A stretch of 32,000 nucleotides of DNA, taken from contig CP188088.1 in assembly GCA_049942965.1 (NCBI GenBank), positions 330,001 through 362,000 of the forward strand, read 5' to 3'. A program made the translations under genes and the position numbers. This stretch comes from Candidatus Saccharimonadota bacterium. GTDB taxonomy: Bacteria; Pseudomonadota; Gammaproteobacteria; Enterobacterales; Enterobacteriaceae. The notes below the pieces were generated by a model. It was not told where the DNA came from. It did not search any database and saw only the letters and a program-made list of their open reading frames with translations. Position 1 is the stretch's first letter; each line of letters opens with the position of its first letter. This document shows, one piece after another, positions 28,472-32,000 of the stretch.

Positions 28472-29077
28472 ATGGTATTGATAAATCAAAAAGCACCAAA
28501 CTTTATTGCTCCAGCAATTTCAAAAGATGGAGAAATAATAAATTCATTTAATCTTAAAGATAACATTGACAAAAATGGAGCTATAATATTTTTCTGGCCT
28601 CTGGATTTTACTTTCGTATGCCCTACAGAAATACTTGAATTTAATTTATTTTATAAAGAATTTAAAAAAAGAAAAATAGAATTAATTGGAATATCTATAG
28701 ATTCAGTATTTACTCATAATGCTTGGAGAAATACTGAAGTTTCTCAAGGAGGAATTGGATCAATACAATTTTTTATGGTTTCAGACATAAAAAGAGAAAT
28801 ACAAAAACTGTATGACGTTGAACACAAAGATATAGGAGTTTCCTTAAGAGCTACTTTTATAATAGATAAAAATCAAATCATTAGACATCAATCTATAAAT
28901 GATTTACCAATAGGTAGAAACGTCAAAGAAATTTTAAGAATTGCAGATGCAATACATTTTAATAATAAAAATGGAGAAGTATGTCCTGTTAACTGGAAAC
29001 AGGGAGATTCAGGGATCATACCAAATTCTAAAGGAATAAAAGACTATTTTAGAAAAAAAATGCTAAAAAACAAATAA
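28472..29077 (+). CDS. ahpC: Typical 2-Cys peroxiredoxin (AhpC/Prx1 family)
   Basis: 201-aa ORF. The peroxidatic Cys is in FFWPLDFTFVCPTEI and the resolving Cys is in GEVCPVNW. Confidence 0.9.
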   Translation: MVLINQKAPNFIAPAISKDGEIINSFNLKDNIDKNGAIIFFWPLDFTFVCPTEILEFNLFYKEFKKRKIELIGISIDSVFTHNAWRNTEVSQGGIGSIQFFMVSDIKREIQKLYDVEHKDIGVSLRATFIIDKNQIIRHQSINDLPIGRNVKEILRIADAIHFNNKNGEVCPVNWKQGDSGIIPNSKGIKDYFRKKMLKNK

Positions 29078-29113
29078 AAAAATAAAATAATCTAACAAAA
29101 AATAAATTTATTA

Positions 29114-29167
29114 TTCCGTCAATTAAATTTAATTTTAATTTTTAAAAAATTAACTTAATTGACGGAA
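29114..29167. terminator. Long hairpin between convergent ahpC and the DUF2076-like gene (candidate shared terminator)
   Basis: Perfect 13-bp inverted repeat ttccgtcaattaa (29114-29126) / ttaattgacggaa (29155-29167), with 4 G:C pairs. The 28-nt AT loop can itself pair (aattttt / aaaaatt). On the - strand it is followed by a T-rich run. On the + strand it is followed by A's, so it looks stronger for the minus-strand gene. Confidence 0.45.
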
Positions 29168-29201
29168 AAAACTCAAAAAAAGTAACTATTTTAAATAATA
29201 A

Positions 29202-29987
29202 TTATACATTATTATCGTCATCATAATTAATATCATCATCGTTTATTTCTAATTCAGAAGAATAGTCATCATTTAAAAAATTAGAATCATAAGATGATTC
29301 ATCTTCTTCATTTATAAAATCATCCTGATTATTTAAAAAATCACTATTTTGATAATCTTCTTCATAAGATGAAAAATTTTCATCATTATTGTGATCTGAA
29401 TTAGAAATATAAGTATTATCATTATTAACAGATGTAAATATTTCTTCTTCTATTGGATGTTGTTTATTTTGAAACATATTAGTTAACATATTACCAACTA
29501 CCATTCCACCAGCTACTCCAACGGCAGTTTGTAACGCATTACCTAAAAAAGTATTATTATTAACTGCTGGATTAGATGATCCAGGACTAGAAACAGAACT
29601 AATAGAATCACTATTAGGAGAAATAATACCGTTATTATAATTCTTAGAAGACATATTTTTTTCTTTTAAACTATTTAAATTACTTTTCTTATTCTCTCTG
29701 TGTTTAAACAACCCAGATAAAAAACTAGTTTTTTCATTTTTTTTTGTAACTTTTTCTTGAAGACTATTAATTTCTTTTTTTAGTTCATTTATTTTTGTAT
29801 TCAGTTTTTTTAAAACTGTTTCTTGTACTAGAACAGTTTGAATTAAATAATATGGAGCGTTTACTTGTTTTTCAATTAAAGAATTAATTAATTTTTCTGC
29901 TAATTCATCTCTTTTAGAAGAACTTTGTTCTACTCTTAATAATCGACTAAATAAATTTTCTATTAATATTTTTTCTTCTGTTTTCAT
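29202..29987 (-). CDS. Conserved hypothetical protein, DUF2076 (COG3416)-like, with a Gly-zipper hydrophobic segment and a long acidic D/N/E/S/Y tail
   Basis: 261-aa ORF. The N-terminus EEKILIENLFSRLLRVEQSSSKRDELAEKLINSLIEKQVNAPYYLIQTVLVQETVLKKL, and later FLGNALQTAVGVAGGMVVGNMLTNMF, follow the pattern I recall for DUF2076 proteins of other gammaproteobacteria. The family assignment is from memory, not from a search. Confidence 0.7.
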   Translation of the reverse strand: MKTEEKILIENLFSRLLRVEQSSSKRDELAEKLINSLIEKQVNAPYYLIQTVLVQETVLKKLNTKINELKKEINSLQEKVTKKNEKTSFLSGLFKHRENKKSNLNSLKEKNMSSKNYNNGIISPNSDSISSVSSPGSSNPAVNNNTFLGNALQTAVGVAGGMVVGNMLTNMFQNKQHPIEEEIFTSVNNDNTYISNSDHNNDENFSSYEEDYQNSDFLNNQDDFINEEDESSYDSNFLNDDYSSELEINDDDINYDDDNNV

Positions 29988-30274
29988 AAAAGACCTAAAT
30001 GTATTTATGTTTCAATTTCAAAAAAAATCTTCTTAATTATTGTAAAGACAAAAAGAACTAAAAACTAAAATTCTTATTATTTAATAATAAACAGATGTAT
30101 TTTATATTTGATATAACATACAAAATACATCTTAACTTATTTTAAATATTAAGAAACTATACATAATATTTTTCATCATAAAAAAATCTTTTAATATGTT
30201 ACTTAGTTAGTTATATTATACATATATTTTCCTAATTTAAACTTCGACAATTAACTTATCAATACAATAATTCT

Positions 30275-32000
30275 ATGAAAAACAATCTTGCTAAAGAAAT
30301 AATACAAATTAATGTAGAAAAAGAACTCAAAAACTCCTATTTAGACTATGCTATGTCAGTAATAGTTGGAAGAGCACTTCCAGATGTTAGAGACGGTCTT
30401 AAACCTGTTCACAGAAGAATACTATTTGCAATGTATATTTTAAATAACTTATGGAACAAACCTTATAAAAAATCAGCAAGAATTGTTGGTGATGTAATTG
30501 GTAAATATCATCCACATGGTGATTCAGCTGTATACGATGCAATAATTCGAATGGCTCAACAATTCTCTTTAAGATATACACTTATCGATGGTCAAGGAAA
30601 TTTTGGTTCCATAGACGGAGATGCAGCAGCAGCAATGCGATATACAGAAGTAAGAATGTCAAAAATAGCTCATGAATTATTATCTGATTTGGAAAAAAAA
30701 ACAGTTGATTTTGTTCCAAATTACGATGGGTCAGAATTCATTCCTAAAATATTACCAACAAAAATACCTAATTTATTAATAAATGGATCTTCAGGAATTG
30801 CAGTAGGGATGGCTACAAATATTCCACCACATAATATTGCTGAGGTAATAAATGGATGTGTAGCATATATTGATAATGAAAAAATGACTGTACAAGATCT
30901 TATAAAATATATACCTGGTCCTGATTTTCCAACTTCAGGAATAATAATAGGACGATCAGGAATTGAAAAAGCCTATAAAACAGGAAAAGGAAAAATTAGC
31001 ATTAGAGCCAAACATAAAATAGAAACAAACATAAAATCTAGAAAAAAATCGATTATTATACATGAAATACCATATCAAGTTAATAAATCTCGATTAATAG
31101 AAAAAATTTCAGAATTAGTAAAAGAAAAAAAAATTGAAGGAATAAGTGCTTTAAGAGACGAATCAGATAAAGATGGAATGAGAATTGTAATAGAAATTAA
31201 AAAAGAAGCAATATCGGAAATTATTCTGAATCAACTATATTCTCTTAGTCAATTGCAAATTTCTTTTGGAATTAATATGGTTGCCTTATGTAACGGAAGA
31301 CCAAAAAGACTATCTTTATTGGAAATTATTCATTCTTTTATCTTACATAGAAAACAAACAGTAACTAGACGTAGCATGTTTGAACTTCAAAAATGTGAAG
31401 AAAAAATTCATATTTTAAATGGTTTAAGTATTGCTATAAAAAATATAAATTTAATCATTAAAATAATTCAATCTTCTAAAAACTCTTCAGAAGCAAAAGC
31501 AAAACTATTATCAAAAACATGGGACAATAATAAAATAGAAAATTTAATTTTAAATAAAAATGATACAAATTTAATTAAAGAAAAAAAAAGTAATTATTTT
31601 ACTGAAAAACAAGCACAATCAATTTTGGAACTACGTTTAAGCAAACTAACAAATTTAGAATATGAAAAAATCATCGACGACAAAAACAATTTACTAAAAA
31701 AAACAAAAAAACTAAAAAAAATTTTATATAATCATAAATATATGATGGAAGTCATACGAAATGAACTATTAGATATTAAAAAAGATTTTGGAGATCAAAG
31801 AAAAACAGACATTATAACTTCGAATCATTCTGAAATTAATTTAGAAGATATGATTAATCCAAAAGATGTTGTCATTACTTTGTCATATTCTGGTTATGTA
31901 AAATATCAACCAATATCTGACTACGAAGCACAAAAAAGAGGAGGTAGGGGAAAAACAGCAGCAAAAACTAAAAAAACCGACTTTATAAAAATATTATTAG
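30275..32000 (+). CDS. gyrA: DNA gyrase subunit A, N-terminal ~575 codons; runs off the window
   Basis: The ATG at 30275 gives [53 protein letters not shown]...[20 protein letters not shown]...[11 protein letters not shown], collinear with E. coli GyrA. The frame is open to the window end (...[25 protein letters not shown]). It is absent from the ORF track because there is no stop in the window. Confidence 0.95.
   Translation, partial: MKNNLAKEIIQINVEKELKNSYLDYAMSVIVGRALPDVRDGLKPVHRRILFAMYILNNLWNKPYKKSARIVGDVIGKYHPHGDSAVYDAIIRMAQQFSLRYTLIDGQGNFGSIDGDAAAAMRYTEVRMSKIAHELLSDLEKKTVDFVPNYDGSEFIPKILPTKIPNLLINGSSGIAVGMATNIPPHNIAEVINGCVAYIDNEKMTVQDLIKYIPGPDFPTSGIIIGRSGIEKAYKTGKGKISIRAKHKIETNIKSRKKSIIIHEIPYQVNKSRLIEKISELVKEKKIEGISALRDESDKDGMRIVIEIKKEAISEIILNQLYSLSQLQISFGINMVALCNGRPKRLSLLEIIHSFILHRKQTVTRRSMFELQKCEEKIHILNGLSIAIKNINLIIKIIQSSKNSSEAKAKLLSKTWDNNKIENLILNKNDTNLIKEKKSNYFTEKQAQSILELRLSKLTNLEYEKIIDDKNNLLKKTKKLKKILYNHKYMMEVIRNELLDIKKDFGDQRKTDIITSNHSEINLEDMINPKDVVITLSYSGYVKYQPISDYEAQKRGGRGKTAAKTKKTDFIKILL

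Noticed and set aside
1-32000. Search for mobile elements, CRISPR arrays, prophage or defence/toxin systems, tRNA/rRNA genes, or large direct or inverted repeats
   Set aside because: Every ORF above ~100 aa is accounted for by a conserved housekeeping or biosynthetic gene. Spacers are short and featureless, with no repeat-spacer periodicity, no transposase or integrase-like ORFs, and no G/C-rich cloverleaf-sized islands other than ssrA.

Overview
This window reads as a core chromosomal segment of an extremely AT-rich, reduced gammaproteobacterial insect endosymbiont. By eye it is roughly four-fifths A+T (not computed). Gene content and order look Buchnera aphidicola-like; that assignment is an inference from recalled synteny, not a search result.

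All large ORFs are recognisable housekeeping or amino-acid-provisioning genes:
- Minus strand: lpdA (first 24 codons), aceF, aceE, secA, leuA, leuD, leuC, leuB, truA, hpt, ychF, pth, sodA, grxD, nadK, ung and a DUF2076-like protein.
- Plus strand: dksA, pcnB, thrA, thrB, thrC, rnt, ssrA (tmRNA), grpE, ahpC and gyrA (5' part).

I see no mobile elements, CRISPR arrays, phage genes, toxin or defence genes, or tRNA/rRNA genes, and nothing I can defend as a new multi-gene system.

The observations worth a second look are genome-decay and expression oddities:
1. grpE is split into two reading frames exactly at an 18-nt poly(A) tract. It keeps a strong SD and a sigma32-like promoter, so it is a candidate for rescue by transcriptional slippage.
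2. The leucine cluster is chromosomal and circularly permuted (leuB-leuC-leuD, 384-bp spacer, leuA), wedged between truA and secA.
3. pth has its conserved N-terminus, including the catalytic-His region, upstream of the first ATG, with no canonical start codon. An ATT with an SD is the best candidate.
4. leuA ends in a 26-nt homopolymer that encodes a poly-Lys tail.
5. pcnB carries two 14-nt A tracts.
6. A duplicated CAGTTT-N3-ACTGAA dyad lies upstream of sodA.
7. SecA lacks the C-terminal zinc finger.
8. A 567-bp almost pure-AT spacer replaces the ancestral secA-to-aceE gene block.

The remaining track ORFs are antisense or intergenic low-complexity artefacts.
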